Assembly: GCA_964534625.1 (NCBI GenBank)
Contig: CAZHRF010000016.1
Coordinates: 23,616-58,839 of the forward strand
Direction: 5' to 3'
From: an uncultured archaeon
GTDB taxonomy: Archaea > Asgardarchaeota > Heimdallarchaeia > Heimdallarchaeales > Heimdallarchaeaceae
Length of the DNA: 35,224 bases
In this document: in pieces, positions 26,255 to 35,224 of the stretch
Layout: every line of letters starts with the position of its first letter
How positions within the stretch are numbered: position 1 is the stretch's first letter
The notes under the pieces: generated by a model
What the model was told of the DNA's origin: nothing
The model's database searches: none
The model's input: the letters and a program-made list of their open reading frames with translations, nothing else
Translations under genes and position numbers: made by a program

Positions 26255-28372
26255 ATGGCACAACGTTGTCCAAAATGCAAAGGTAGAGGTAAAGTAGTTA
26301 AAGAAACAGCTAGTTGCCCTACATGTTTAGGTATTGGAAAAACAACTTTTCAGATAGGCCAAAAGGGTGGCGAAATTTGTCAAAAATGTAATGGAAAAGG
26401 TAAAATAAAAATTTTTGAAACCTGTCCTGTCTGTGAAGGTAAGAAACAAGTATATTATTGTGATAATTGTAAAAAAACTATGACAGAAAAGGATGAAAGT
26501 GGATTATGTTTAACTTGTAGATCACAAGAAAATCCCACAGTTTATGTTCTCAAACCACCAATCGATCCAGATTTGATAAGATTAAATATGTTAATGTTGG
26601 GGCGGGTTGATGCACAGAAAAGTGTTGGTGTTTTTGTAGATCTGTCAGATAAGGTTAACCTACTAATAGGAAGCAATGATGTTACTAACGATTATGCATG
26701 GGATAGAGGAGAAGAAGTTATTGTAAGAGTAAAAAATATCAAGAGTGGTAACAAGATTTATGGAGAACCCGTTGTTTTAGAAGATTACTCTCTGGAATCT
26801 CTCAGAGGTACTGTAACTACGATTTCAATCGCTGAGTTACAAAAAAGGCGTATGGGGTCTTTTATATCATTTAAAGGACAGGTTGTTTCTGTACTTCAAA
26901 CATCGGGGCCAACAAGATTTACTATTGTAGATGAAACAGGCTCAATTAATGGAGTTGCATTTGTAAAAGCAGGAGAAAGAGCCTTTCCAGAAATAAAAGA
27001 AGATGCTGCTGTGCAAGTATTTGGTGAAATATCAAAATTTAAAGAATCCGTTCAGATTGAAATTAGTGATATTGAAAGATTGAAAGAAAAAGAAGCTATG
27101 GAGATCTTGAATAAAATAGCTAAAGCAATAGATATAAAGGCAAAACCCGCTCAAATCAATTATTCTATTAAAAGTAAATTATTAGAAAAAATAAGACCAG
27201 AACTGGAAAAAGCAGCGAAGAGAATACGAAAGACCATCTATACAGGACAACCAATACTTATTAGGCATCATGCAGATGCAGATGGAGCAGTAGCTGGTTT
27301 TTGTCTTCATTATGCTTTAATGAAGATGATGGAAGAGGAAGAAGGCTTTGATTCAGATACTATACGATTACGAATTAAACGATTGCCAAATAAACCTCCG
27401 TTCTTTGAATTAATTGATGCAGTAAAAGATTTAGAGTTTGCATTAAGCGATAAGGAAAGATTTGGAGATAAATTGCCTTTGTTTGTGTGTATGGACTTTG
27501 GATCATCAACGGAATCTATTGTGGCATACAAGAAAATAAAAGCTCTGGATCTTGATATTGTAGTCATCGATCACCACTTTCCGGATGAAGAGATAAGAGC
27601 ACTGGTAGATGTTCATGTAAACCCCTATTGGCAAGAAGGGGGATATGAAATTTGTGGGGGTATGCTAGGTTACGAATTAGCCCGATTAATTTATCCAAAC
27701 ATTAGTGAAGATCTAAAGCATTTACCCGCTGTAGCAGGATTGATGGATAGGGTAGAGGGAGAGGAAATTGGAAAATATCTAAAACTCGCGAAAGAAAAAG
27801 GGTATAGCAAAGAAGAGTTAAAAAAAATAGGTATGGCAACAGATTATGAACTCTATCAATTAAGATTTTCTGAGGGTACAAATCTCTTGAAAATACTTTT
27901 CAATGTTGATACAAAAGAAGGATGGCATACAAAAATGTATAAATTATTAGGTGAAGAAGCACAGAACTTGTTTGATGAAGCTTTAAGGGCGACTTTACCG
28001 CATGTAGAAGAAAAAACACTAACTAATGATATTTTGTTAACAACAATTGATGTGGACCTTTATACAGCCAGATTCAGTTTTCCAGCACCAGGTAAATTGA
28101 CAGGGCTATTATTCGATGAATTCTGTAAAAAGAATCCTGAGAAAGCTGTAGTAACCTTAGGATTAGGACCTGACTTTATGATCCTCCGATCAAAAGATGT
28201 AAAAATTAACTTTCCAGAAGCAGTGAAAACAATGCAAGAATCTATGCCTGCGAGTGGTGTAAATGGAGGAGGACATGAAGTCGTCGGATCATTGAAGTAT
28301 TACGAAGGAGTAAGAGACCAAGTCATTAGTTTCTTTATTGACTATTTATCTAAACTGGATATAAAAACGTAA
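26255..28372 (+). CDS. Archaeal RecJ-like DHH exonuclease with DnaJ-type Zn finger, S1 and OB domains (HAN/COG1107 type)
   Basis: Four CxxCxGxG-like repeats, OB QTSGPTRFTI, RHHADADG, MDFGS, IDHH and DHHA1 GGGHE. Confidence 0.92.
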   Translation: MAQRCPKCKGRGKVVKETASCPTCLGIGKTTFQIGQKGGEICQKCNGKGKIKIFETCPVCEGKKQVYYCDNCKKTMTEKDESGLCLTCRSQENPTVYVLKPPIDPDLIRLNMLMLGRVDAQKSVGVFVDLSDKVNLLIGSNDVTNDYAWDRGEEVIVRVKNIKSGNKIYGEPVVLEDYSLESLRGTVTTISIAELQKRRMGSFISFKGQVVSVLQTSGPTRFTIVDETGSINGVAFVKAGERAFPEIKEDAAVQVFGEISKFKESVQIEISDIERLKEKEAMEILNKIAKAIDIKAKPAQINYSIKSKLLEKIRPELEKAAKRIRKTIYTGQPILIRHHADADGAVAGFCLHYALMKMMEEEEGFDSDTIRLRIKRLPNKPPFFELIDAVKDLEFALSDKERFGDKLPLFVCMDFGSSTESIVAYKKIKALDLDIVVIDHHFPDEEIRALVDVHVNPYWQEGGYEICGGMLGYELARLIYPNISEDLKHLPAVAGLMDRVEGEEIGKYLKLAKEKGYSKEELKKIGMATDYELYQLRFSEGTNLLKILFNVDTKEGWHTKMYKLLGEEAQNLFDEALRATLPHVEEKTLTNDILLTTIDVDLYTARFSFPAPGKLTGLLFDEFCKKNPEKAVVTLGLGPDFMILRSKDVKINFPEAVKTMQESMPASGVNGGGHEVVGSLKYYEGVRDQVISFFIDYLSKLDIKT

Positions 28373-28476
28373 AAACGTATTATATCTAATTTCATACTCT
28401 TTTTGAAAAAGTTTTTAATTAAGCATATCAATAGATTAAAGTATAATAATCTAACTTGTAGTGAGGAAATGATATA

Positions 28477-29910
28477 ATGAGTTATGTAGAAAAAGCATTC
28501 TATAAATATATTAAAGATATCTTTACATCTGGTTTAACAACGCTATTTAGTAAAAAATATTTTGCTTATACTGTTTCTTTTATTCTAATGACAGTGAGTT
28601 CTACTGTTTTTTATTATCTTAAAAACAATCAAGATTCAGCCACTTTAAGCATGATATCAGAAATACTTCTATATATGGAACTTAGTTTAGCTGTTACATA
28701 TATAATCTTTGGAATATTTTTTGCAAAATATTCACTCAAATATTGGATGGGACCTGCATTTGTAGTTGGAGCAGGAGGAACTGCACTACTTTATTTCTTT
28801 GAGGAAATTAGTGGTGGATATGAATTGGCTCCATATGTTGCTGCATTCTGTTATCTGGCTTGGATTGTTGTTTCTATGTTCCTAACATTTTCATTGTCAA
28901 GAAATTTCTGGGGAAACAAAGTTTTGGGAAGCATAATGTTTTTAGGAAAAAAGGCAGACGAAGGATCTATTCTATTTAGTGGTGTTGTGTTTCTATTGTC
29001 GTTAGTGAATGGAGCAATGAGCATTTATCTAACATATAAGGCATTAACTGATTCGACATTGAACCGTCTATTATTAGGTTCAGCGCTCTTTTCGTTATTG
29101 GCAGTGATAGCAGTAAATATCATCGTGTTCTCCCTTGGATATAAAGATGATGTCTTTTATACTATCTTAGCTTTTTATTATGTATTTTCAAGTGCAACTT
29201 TATGGAAAATAGTGTACTATACATACCAAGGAAATCCTCCCCGTGATAATATAGGCAGTATGGTAGTTACTTTATTCTTCGTTCTTTATACTGTTTCAGG
29301 ATATGGTAAAAAAGTGAAAGGTATTAAAGAAAATAGAGTGGGAATAATTGAAGCAGAAATGCAAGAATATACCACTAATAAAAAAGAAAAAAAACAAGAG
29401 GAAGAAGAGGAAGAGAGCAATTGGTTTCTATTAGGCATTCCAAAAAATCTAGGACCGCTAGGTGTTTTGATGGTCGTCATGGGATTGGTAATGGGATATC
29501 ATGTGACCCAAATACAATTTTTATCAAGAGATGATATTTTTAGCCAGTTATTTTTGTCAAGTGACGTACTAGTAGGGATACGCGATAAATTTGGTGTAAT
29601 ATTTATCTCCTTTTTGATGCTCTTTTTCATGACAAGTTATAAATGGTCAAATGAATTTAGGATATACGCTTCACCTGAATTGTATAGATTTGAGTTTTTA
29701 CCTCCATTTGAAGAGCTCATGGACAAATTTGAAAAAATCAGAACGGGTGAAGAATCTTGGAAATCTTATGCCAAAACCTTCTTGCTCCAAGGGGTGAAAA
29801 TAGGGGCAAAGAGTGCAGCCAAAAAAACCATCATCAATCCCTCAAAGAAGGTTGCTGGCTGGACAAAAAGTGGTTTCAAAAAATTATTTGGTAAAGATGA
29901 TAACAATTAG
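28477..29910 (+). CDS. Polytopic membrane protein of unknown function (about 10 TM)
   Basis: Series of long hydrophobic segments, an acidic/lysine-rich loop and a basic C-terminal tail. Confidence 0.8.
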   Translation: MSYVEKAFYKYIKDIFTSGLTTLFSKKYFAYTVSFILMTVSSTVFYYLKNNQDSATLSMISEILLYMELSLAVTYIIFGIFFAKYSLKYWMGPAFVVGAGGTALLYFFEEISGGYELAPYVAAFCYLAWIVVSMFLTFSLSRNFWGNKVLGSIMFLGKKADEGSILFSGVVFLLSLVNGAMSIYLTYKALTDSTLNRLLLGSALFSLLAVIAVNIIVFSLGYKDDVFYTILAFYYVFSSATLWKIVYYTYQGNPPRDNIGSMVVTLFFVLYTVSGYGKKVKGIKENRVGIIEAEMQEYTTNKKEKKQEEEEEESNWFLLGIPKNLGPLGVLMVVMGLVMGYHVTQIQFLSRDDIFSQLFLSSDVLVGIRDKFGVIFISFLMLFFMTSYKWSNEFRIYASPELYRFEFLPPFEELMDKFEKIRTGEESWKSYAKTFLLQGVKIGAKSAAKKTIINPSKKVAGWTKSGFKKLFGKDDNN

Positions 29911-29944
29911 TCTCTTTTTTTCTTTTCTTTTCCTTTTCCTTTTT
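29911..29944 (+). terminator. Oligo-T archaeal-type terminator tract
   Basis: tctctttttttcttttcttttccttttccttttt directly follows the stop codon. Confidence 0.55.
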
Positions 29945-30118
29945 AAAGCATGAATAAAATTTAACTTACAATGTTTATTCTGTTTTAATCTTATTCTATA
30001 AGATTGTGTTTCATATTTAATTTTTTTTAAGATCAGTTAAAAATTGATTCAAGCTAAAAGTTATATTATAGCAATACAAGTAATATGTATTAAAAGCTCA
30101 AGAGGAGTTGAAAAATAA

Positions 30119-30838
30119 ATGAATATTGATGAAGTATATGTAATTGAAGATAGTGGTGTTCCCTTATACTACTATCGCGGACAAGTTACAATGTTGGATG
30201 AAAACATATATGCCTTACAATCTGGCTTTTTTACAGCTTTAGCTTCCTTTGGTAATGAGATTGGAGAAGGCGAACTCAAACTAATTGCTTTCGAAGAGAA
30301 AACATATGCTCTTAGCCAAACAGGTTATGTACTTGTTATTTATGGCCTCAAAGGTAAGTTTGATGAAATAGAAATAAATGAAATAGGCGACGAATTATTG
30401 AAAACGACTAATCATGTAGCTGAATTGTTGCCTACTGAAGAATCAGATATAGGAAACAGATTAGGTAAAAGAAAAATGGATAATTTTATTGATAGTTTTG
30501 GAAATTTTTTGGTAAGAGAGGGAATTATAGATGAACCAGTAAAAGAAAAAGCAAAAGATTTCAAAACACAATTACAATCTTTACTCTATAAATCGATTGG
30601 TTACCAGCCTGGTGTATGCAATATTGGACGTAGTGAAAGATTAAAAAGATTAACAAATGGACTTTTGATGTACATTCTAACCCTTGTATTATATGGGTTT
30701 ATAATTTTCTTGGAATGGCCTACCTGGTTAGTCTTTTTTCTATTGTTTCCATTATTAATTGCGTTCATGCAGCTGTTTCAATACTCATTCAAATTCTGTG
30801 TAAAGAATGCATTATCAAGGCAATATAATATGAATTAA
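30119..30838 (+). CDS. Longin-like domain fused to C-terminal two-TM (YgaP/DUF2892-like) membrane module
   Basis: IDEVYVIEDSGVPLYY...LQSGFFTALASFGNEIGEGELKLI (longin-like), then YQPGVCNIGRSERLKR, two hydrophobic helices and FC. Confidence 0.65.
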   Translation: MNIDEVYVIEDSGVPLYYYRGQVTMLDENIYALQSGFFTALASFGNEIGEGELKLIAFEEKTYALSQTGYVLVIYGLKGKFDEIEINEIGDELLKTTNHVAELLPTEESDIGNRLGKRKMDNFIDSFGNFLVREGIIDEPVKEKAKDFKTQLQSLLYKSIGYQPGVCNIGRSERLKRLTNGLLMYILTLVLYGFIIFLEWPTWLVFFLLFPLLIAFMQLFQYSFKFCVKNALSRQYNMN

Positions 30839-30851
30839 AGGAGATAAAAAA

Positions 30852-31028
30852 ATGAGTTCAATAGAATTAAAACTAGATTATGCAGGTGCAGTCAATGATC
30901 CGGACAATATTAAAAGGGATTTGAGAAAAGCATTAAGAATAGCTACATATTCTATGCTTTCAGCAACAGTTTTTACCGTTGCATTATACTTTTTAGCTGG
31001 TTATCTGCAATCTTTAATAACTGGATAA
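30852..31028 (+). CDS. Small 58-aa single-TM membrane protein (not in the ORF track)
   Basis: AAGGAGA Shine-Dalgarno at 30838-30844, ATG 30852, TAA 31026-31028. Sequence MSSIELKLDYAGAVNDPDNIKRDLRKALRIATYSMLSATVFTVALYFLAGYLQSLITG. Confidence 0.7.
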   Translation: MSSIELKLDYAGAVNDPDNIKRDLRKALRIATYSMLSATVFTVALYFLAGYLQSLITG

Positions 31029-31174
31029 AACTAAAACTTGTTACAAACTTCCTAAATCTTTTGGAGAATTATTCTCCTTTTTATTTTCTTAAAAATGCTC
31101 TTTTTTGAATGTATGGTGATATTACCATTTACATGATTTAAATTTATGAGTCTCCTAATCTTTTTTGAAATTAA

Positions 31175-32023
31175 TTATCTCTCTAAAAGGTCACTAAGCT
31201 TTGAAATAACCATGTCTGGTTGATATTTCTCTGGCATTTCTGCGAGTTCTTTATGACTAGAAACACCTGTGCTAATGAACACGGATTGTATACCCACTTT
31301 CTTAGCTCCTATTATGTCGGTTTCTAATCTGTCTCCGAACATTAATGTTTCTTCTGTATTAGCTTTAGCTAGTTCTAGGGCCATTTGAAACATCAATGGT
31401 TTGGGTTTACCTACAATTATGTTCACTTTTTTATTTGACAATGTTTCAAGAATATTAATCATGGCACCTCCACCAGGAACTAAACCATTTGGTGTGGGAA
31501 ATGTGATGTCTGCATTAGTAGCAATAAATTGTATCGTTTCTTTTGTCAATATATTCATGGCACGAGCTAATTTAGTATAGGTGAGCTGGCGATCCATGCC
31601 AACGATTAAACATTGAACATCATTAAGGGGAAAATCAAAATAATCTTCTGTGTTTTTTTCTTGCCAAGGATTAAGTACTTCTAAGTTTTTGTTGGTTAGT
31701 TCTTCTTTCAATCCTTGTTCGCCAACAACATAGACTTTAGCATGAGGATAGTTTTTGGCGACAACTTTAGAAGTTAAATAAGCAGAACTTAAGATATTCT
31801 CAGGTTTTAAAGGGATGCCAAAAGAATTAAGCTTATCAGATAATTGTTCACGTGTTTTTGTGCTATTATTAGTAAGAACAAACACTTGTTTTCCTTCTTC
31901 AACGAGGAGGTTAATAACCTTATTAGCACCAGACAAAACGTGATCTTCTTTATAGAGAACGCCATCAGCATCAAATAAAACTAGTTTAATTCCATCATGA
32001 AAAATTTCGTTGAATAAATTCAT
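31175..32023 (-). CDS. HAD-IIA family hydrolase (NagD-like phosphatase)
   Basis: FDADGVLY, LTNNS, ATNAD, GKP and GDRLETDI motifs. Confidence 0.95.
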   Translation of the reverse strand: MNLFNEIFHDGIKLVLFDADGVLYKEDHVLSGANKVINLLVEEGKQVFVLTNNSTKTREQLSDKLNSFGIPLKPENILSSAYLTSKVVAKNYPHAKVYVVGEQGLKEELTNKNLEVLNPWQEKNTEDYFDFPLNDVQCLIVGMDRQLTYTKLARAMNILTKETIQFIATNADITFPTPNGLVPGGGAMINILETLSNKKVNIIVGKPKPLMFQMALELAKANTEETLMFGDRLETDIIGAKKVGIQSVFISTGVSSHKELAEMPEKYQPDMVISKLSDLLER

Positions 32024-32112
32024 ATGTCTCTACAACAAAACTAGAACAAATTATTTATTAGTTCTTAGTTCTTGATATATTATAACCAAGAGTTTACAAG
32101 GGATAGTATATT

Positions 32113-34938
32113 ATGTCTAAAGCTAGAAAGATAACAGCAATAATAATGATTTTTTTATTTACAATTGTTACATTATATAGTATAAGCGTTCGTTCTAAAA
32201 AGACAGAAATAAGTACTAAATCATATCCTAGCCCTAGCATATATGGAAAAATAAAGTCCATAATCAAGGAAGATTCACTATATGAGGATTTGATTAATAA
32301 CGATTACTATAATACATTTGATGTGATTTTGAAAGCGCAAAATAATCATTATGATGCTATAATCACATTGGCAGAAAGTGTAGAAACACTTGATTCATAT
32401 GCCGGTCTTAGAGCGACTATTAGTAAAAAAAGTATACTAGACCTTATTGCCCAGAATAAACTCATTGAAATTTGGAATAACTCTGAAATATCATACGTCA
32501 CTCCACAATATACTACTAGTGCTACACTTAATTCATCTCGTACTGTTTATAATTATACTTCAGAAATGGGTGTTTCCGATATGTGGGAAAGAGGATATTA
32601 CGGAAATAATACAAAAATAGCTATCTTGGATACTGGATGTACAACTACACATCCTGCCTTAGCTACCACAATGGAAGGTGATCCCCGTATCAATTTAACA
32701 TGGAACTTTCTAGACAATTCACCAAACGTTAAAGATGATAATGGACACGGTACAGCTATTGCAGGTATAATAGCTAGTAATGGTATGGATGGATATATGA
32801 CTGGTGTTGCTCCCAATTCCCACTTATTAATTGGTAAGGCTTTGAATAGTCAAGGTATAGGAACTCGTTCAACTATGATTCAAGCAATAGATTGGGCATT
32901 AGAAAATGGAGCTGATATAATTAATCTCTCAGTTGGAGAAAAGGTTGATTCTTTGTCCTCTCCCTTAGTAGAATCTGTTAACTATGCAATGGAACAAGAT
33001 GTAATAATATGTGTGGCAGCTGGTAACTTAAGGAACAAAAATACGTTTGGGTATAATGATCTTTATACTATCCTTAGTCCGGGAATTGCAAATAAAGCTA
33101 TAACTGTAGGAGCTGTAGATAATAACCATATACTTTATGAACATAGCAGTGCAGGCCCAGTAGTTAAAAACTATCATACAAACACTATGCAATCAATTTA
33201 TGATAGTGTTGATGATAGTCATACATGGTTGAAACCGGATCTTGTAGCACCTGGTGTCCTCTTAAACACTACAAGTTCAACGATTGGTTTAACATCTAGA
33301 GTAACAGGAACAAGTTTTTCTACTGCAGTAGTGACTGGTTTGTGCAGTTTACTTATTCAAGCTTTTCCTGAATCTCATTCATCTACGATTAAAGCAGGAT
33401 TGTTAAATGGGACAGAAAGCCTCAATATACATTTAGATTCACCTACAAGCGATACTATTGCCTATCAACCTTCTCATCTGTATCAAGGACAAGGATTCCC
33501 TAATCTTATTTCTTCATATGATTTTTTGAAAGCCCCTCCTGAATTAGTAATTTATCCAACTGCTGTTCCCTTTGTATCTTCATACTTATTCGTTAATACG
33601 GAACAATCCTTTTTGATACATCTTTATGCAATACATGATTTGTCATCGGTAAGCTATGAAATTAGAAGCTCAAAAACAAATATGTTCAAAATTAGCAATC
33701 CCAAATATAGTTTATCTGTAGGACAGCATGATCAACTAGTAAATATAAGTACAAAAGATAGTATGCCTGGTACATATAAGTGTTCAATAAAGATAGAAAC
33801 ACCATCTAATGTGTATCTTTTTAGTTTCCAAATTATTATCAAGTCTTGTTATGGTCGTGTTTTGATAGATAGTTTCGAACAAGGAGACCAGTATTATTAT
33901 TCCCCTTATGGCTCGCTCTTTAAATTACTGGAAACAGCTAAATTTATGGGGATTAAACCTGTTATCAATACACGTGATATGAATTTTAAGAAAATTGATG
34001 ATAGAAACTTGAATGATACAGAAATACTTCTTGTTATTAATCCAAATGATAATTCCTTACGCCCAGATTATACTGAAGACGAATTGTTAAAATTAAAAGA
34101 TTATCTTACTCCAAAAGGCAATTATAAAGGTGGAACAGTAATTCTTTTCCCATCCTATGGTAGTAATTTAGATTTAGTAAACAATCTCACATCACCCTTT
34201 GGTATTACTTATTCTTCGTCTATCTATGATTATCAATTAGTCAATGTACAATACTTTTCTAACATTTTGAGCAGGTCACCCTATTCAGTTGAAAAAATAT
34301 TCATTGATAATCCACTTACTCAAACATATCAAAACACTTCAGTTAGTAGAATATCAAATTATGTTTCATATGTAGATAAAAGACAGAATAACGGTTCATT
34401 GCTTATAGCTGGTAATAATATAGATATGTTTCAAATGACCCCTTATTTCTATAGTTCTAGTACTTCAAAATATGATGGGAACAAGGCAAATTATCTTTAT
34501 GCAGATAATAAATTATTACTACGAAATATGTTTTCTATGGGCACAAATAAAAACCTTGATTTGAACTATTCGATTGCCAATAGCATAATTTATCCAGATG
34601 ATAATCTGAAAATAAGAATTGATGTATTTAATTCATATAAAAGCTTGTCTGGTATAGAATTTACTTTTGATTTTGTTCATCGTGATAGAAGTTATCTTGT
34701 AAAACAAGATGTTTTGGATTTTGGTAATGGTACATATCTGTTTGTTCTTTCCCCCTCACAATATGATTTACCTACCACAGACTTTACAGTTTATATTAGA
34801 TCAATATTTGACACAAAGAAATTCAATATTTCTTTCTTTGCTCGTATCTCATATGGGCCAATTATAGTACATATGTCTATTATATCTAGCATCCTTGTCA
34901 TCATTCTTATGAAACCAAAAAAAGAACCTAAAAAATAA
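32113..34938 (+). CDS. Membrane-anchored S8 subtilisin-like serine protease
   Basis: Signal peptide, catalytic triad ILDTG / NGHGT / GTSFST, oxyanion AAGN, KPDLVAPG, and a C-terminal TM helix with KPKKEPKK. Confidence 0.93.
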   Translation: MSKARKITAIIMIFLFTIVTLYSISVRSKKTEISTKSYPSPSIYGKIKSIIKEDSLYEDLINNDYYNTFDVILKAQNNHYDAIITLAESVETLDSYAGLRATISKKSILDLIAQNKLIEIWNNSEISYVTPQYTTSATLNSSRTVYNYTSEMGVSDMWERGYYGNNTKIAILDTGCTTTHPALATTMEGDPRINLTWNFLDNSPNVKDDNGHGTAIAGIIASNGMDGYMTGVAPNSHLLIGKALNSQGIGTRSTMIQAIDWALENGADIINLSVGEKVDSLSSPLVESVNYAMEQDVIICVAAGNLRNKNTFGYNDLYTILSPGIANKAITVGAVDNNHILYEHSSAGPVVKNYHTNTMQSIYDSVDDSHTWLKPDLVAPGVLLNTTSSTIGLTSRVTGTSFSTAVVTGLCSLLIQAFPESHSSTIKAGLLNGTESLNIHLDSPTSDTIAYQPSHLYQGQGFPNLISSYDFLKAPPELVIYPTAVPFVSSYLFVNTEQSFLIHLYAIHDLSSVSYEIRSSKTNMFKISNPKYSLSVGQHDQLVNISTKDSMPGTYKCSIKIETPSNVYLFSFQIIIKSCYGRVLIDSFEQGDQYYYSPYGSLFKLLETAKFMGIKPVINTRDMNFKKIDDRNLNDTEILLVINPNDNSLRPDYTEDELLKLKDYLTPKGNYKGGTVILFPSYGSNLDLVNNLTSPFGITYSSSIYDYQLVNVQYFSNILSRSPYSVEKIFIDNPLTQTYQNTSVSRISNYVSYVDKRQNNGSLLIAGNNIDMFQMTPYFYSSSTSKYDGNKANYLYADNKLLLRNMFSMGTNKNLDLNYSIANSIIYPDDNLKIRIDVFNSYKSLSGIEFTFDFVHRDRSYLVKQDVLDFGNGTYLFVLSPSQYDLPTTDFTVYIRSIFDTKKFNISFFARISYGPIIVHMSIISSILVIILMKPKKEPKK

Positions 34939-35224
34939 TTACTCTTTTTCTAATACCTCATTTACTTCAACTGAATATCGAGAAAGAATGTTCATTGATA
35001 AGGCTAAGCCATATGTGTCCCTTGATGCTGCCAAGAGAATAACGGGTCCCACATTCTGAAGGATCAAGAACCCTTCAGTACCCTTCAAAATAAGCTGATC
35101 TAACTCACCATATTTTATCTGTTTTACTGCCTGTTTCCCTGCAGAATTAAGTGCTGAAGTTAAGGCTGCCATGATACTGTGATCGGTGCCTTTATCCGCG
35201 AAAAAAGCCACTTCACGACCTTCA
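34939..35224 (-). CDS. Roadblock/LC7 domain protein, partial (5' end beyond window)
   Basis: Frame is open to the edge (EGREVAFF...). IMAALTSAL...GELDQLILKGTEGFLIL..VG..ILL is a typical roadblock motif. Confidence 0.88.
   Translation of the reverse strand, partial: EGREVAFFADKGTDHSIMAALTSALNSAGKQAVKQIKYGELDQLILKGTEGFLILQNVGPVILLAASRDTYGLALSMNILSRYSVEVNEVLEKE

Noticed and set aside
26255-26520. DnaJ chaperone
   Set aside because: The CxxCxGxG repeats are the N-terminal Zn finger of the DHH nuclease, and there is no J-domain HPD motif.
1454-32816. Numerous short antisense or alternate-frame ORFs in the track (e.g. 1454-1675, 3370-3642, 6007-6525, 6966-7253, 8259-8495, 13345-13662, 16603-16836, 18186-18921, 23447-23662, 27310-27567, 32598-32816)
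   Set aside because: They overlap well-supported longer genes and have no recognisable motifs, so they are treated as shadow ORFs.

Overview
AT-rich, gene-dense archaeal chromosomal segment, most likely from an Asgard archaeon (Heimdallarchaeia-like). The assignment rests on TFB, archaeal SepF, a SAMP/ThiS-like modifier, many roadblock/longin-like proteins, a RING protein and a eukaryote-like two-subunit primase. Contents in order: the 3' end of a Pro/Thr/Glu tandem-repeat protein; three adjacent paralogues sharing a roadblock-like C-terminal domain; a co-oriented glnA / winged-helix-repeat ZnF-RING protein / MazG / ABC ATPase run; a PKD surface protein; a probably inactive GH57-like protein; tfb; a decayed IS1341-type tnpB element; sepF; and a SAMP. 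Next comes a replication/repair block (priS, priL, dinB, xpd), then TPR, a PIP-box PD-(D/E)XK nuclease, longin/roadblock proteins, DUF5752 and a RecJ/HAN-like nuclease. The window ends with membrane proteins, a 58-aa small membrane ORF missed by the ORF track, a HAD-IIA hydrolase, a Site-1-protease-like subtilase and a partial roadblock gene. No rRNA, tRNA or CRISPR array was seen. The best candidates for an undescribed system are the longin-roadblock paralogue trio and the neighbouring WH-repeat protein with a GATOR2(WDR24)-like ZnF-RING tail. All family calls are by-eye motif recognition, and reference motifs are recalled from memory rather than taken from database searches.
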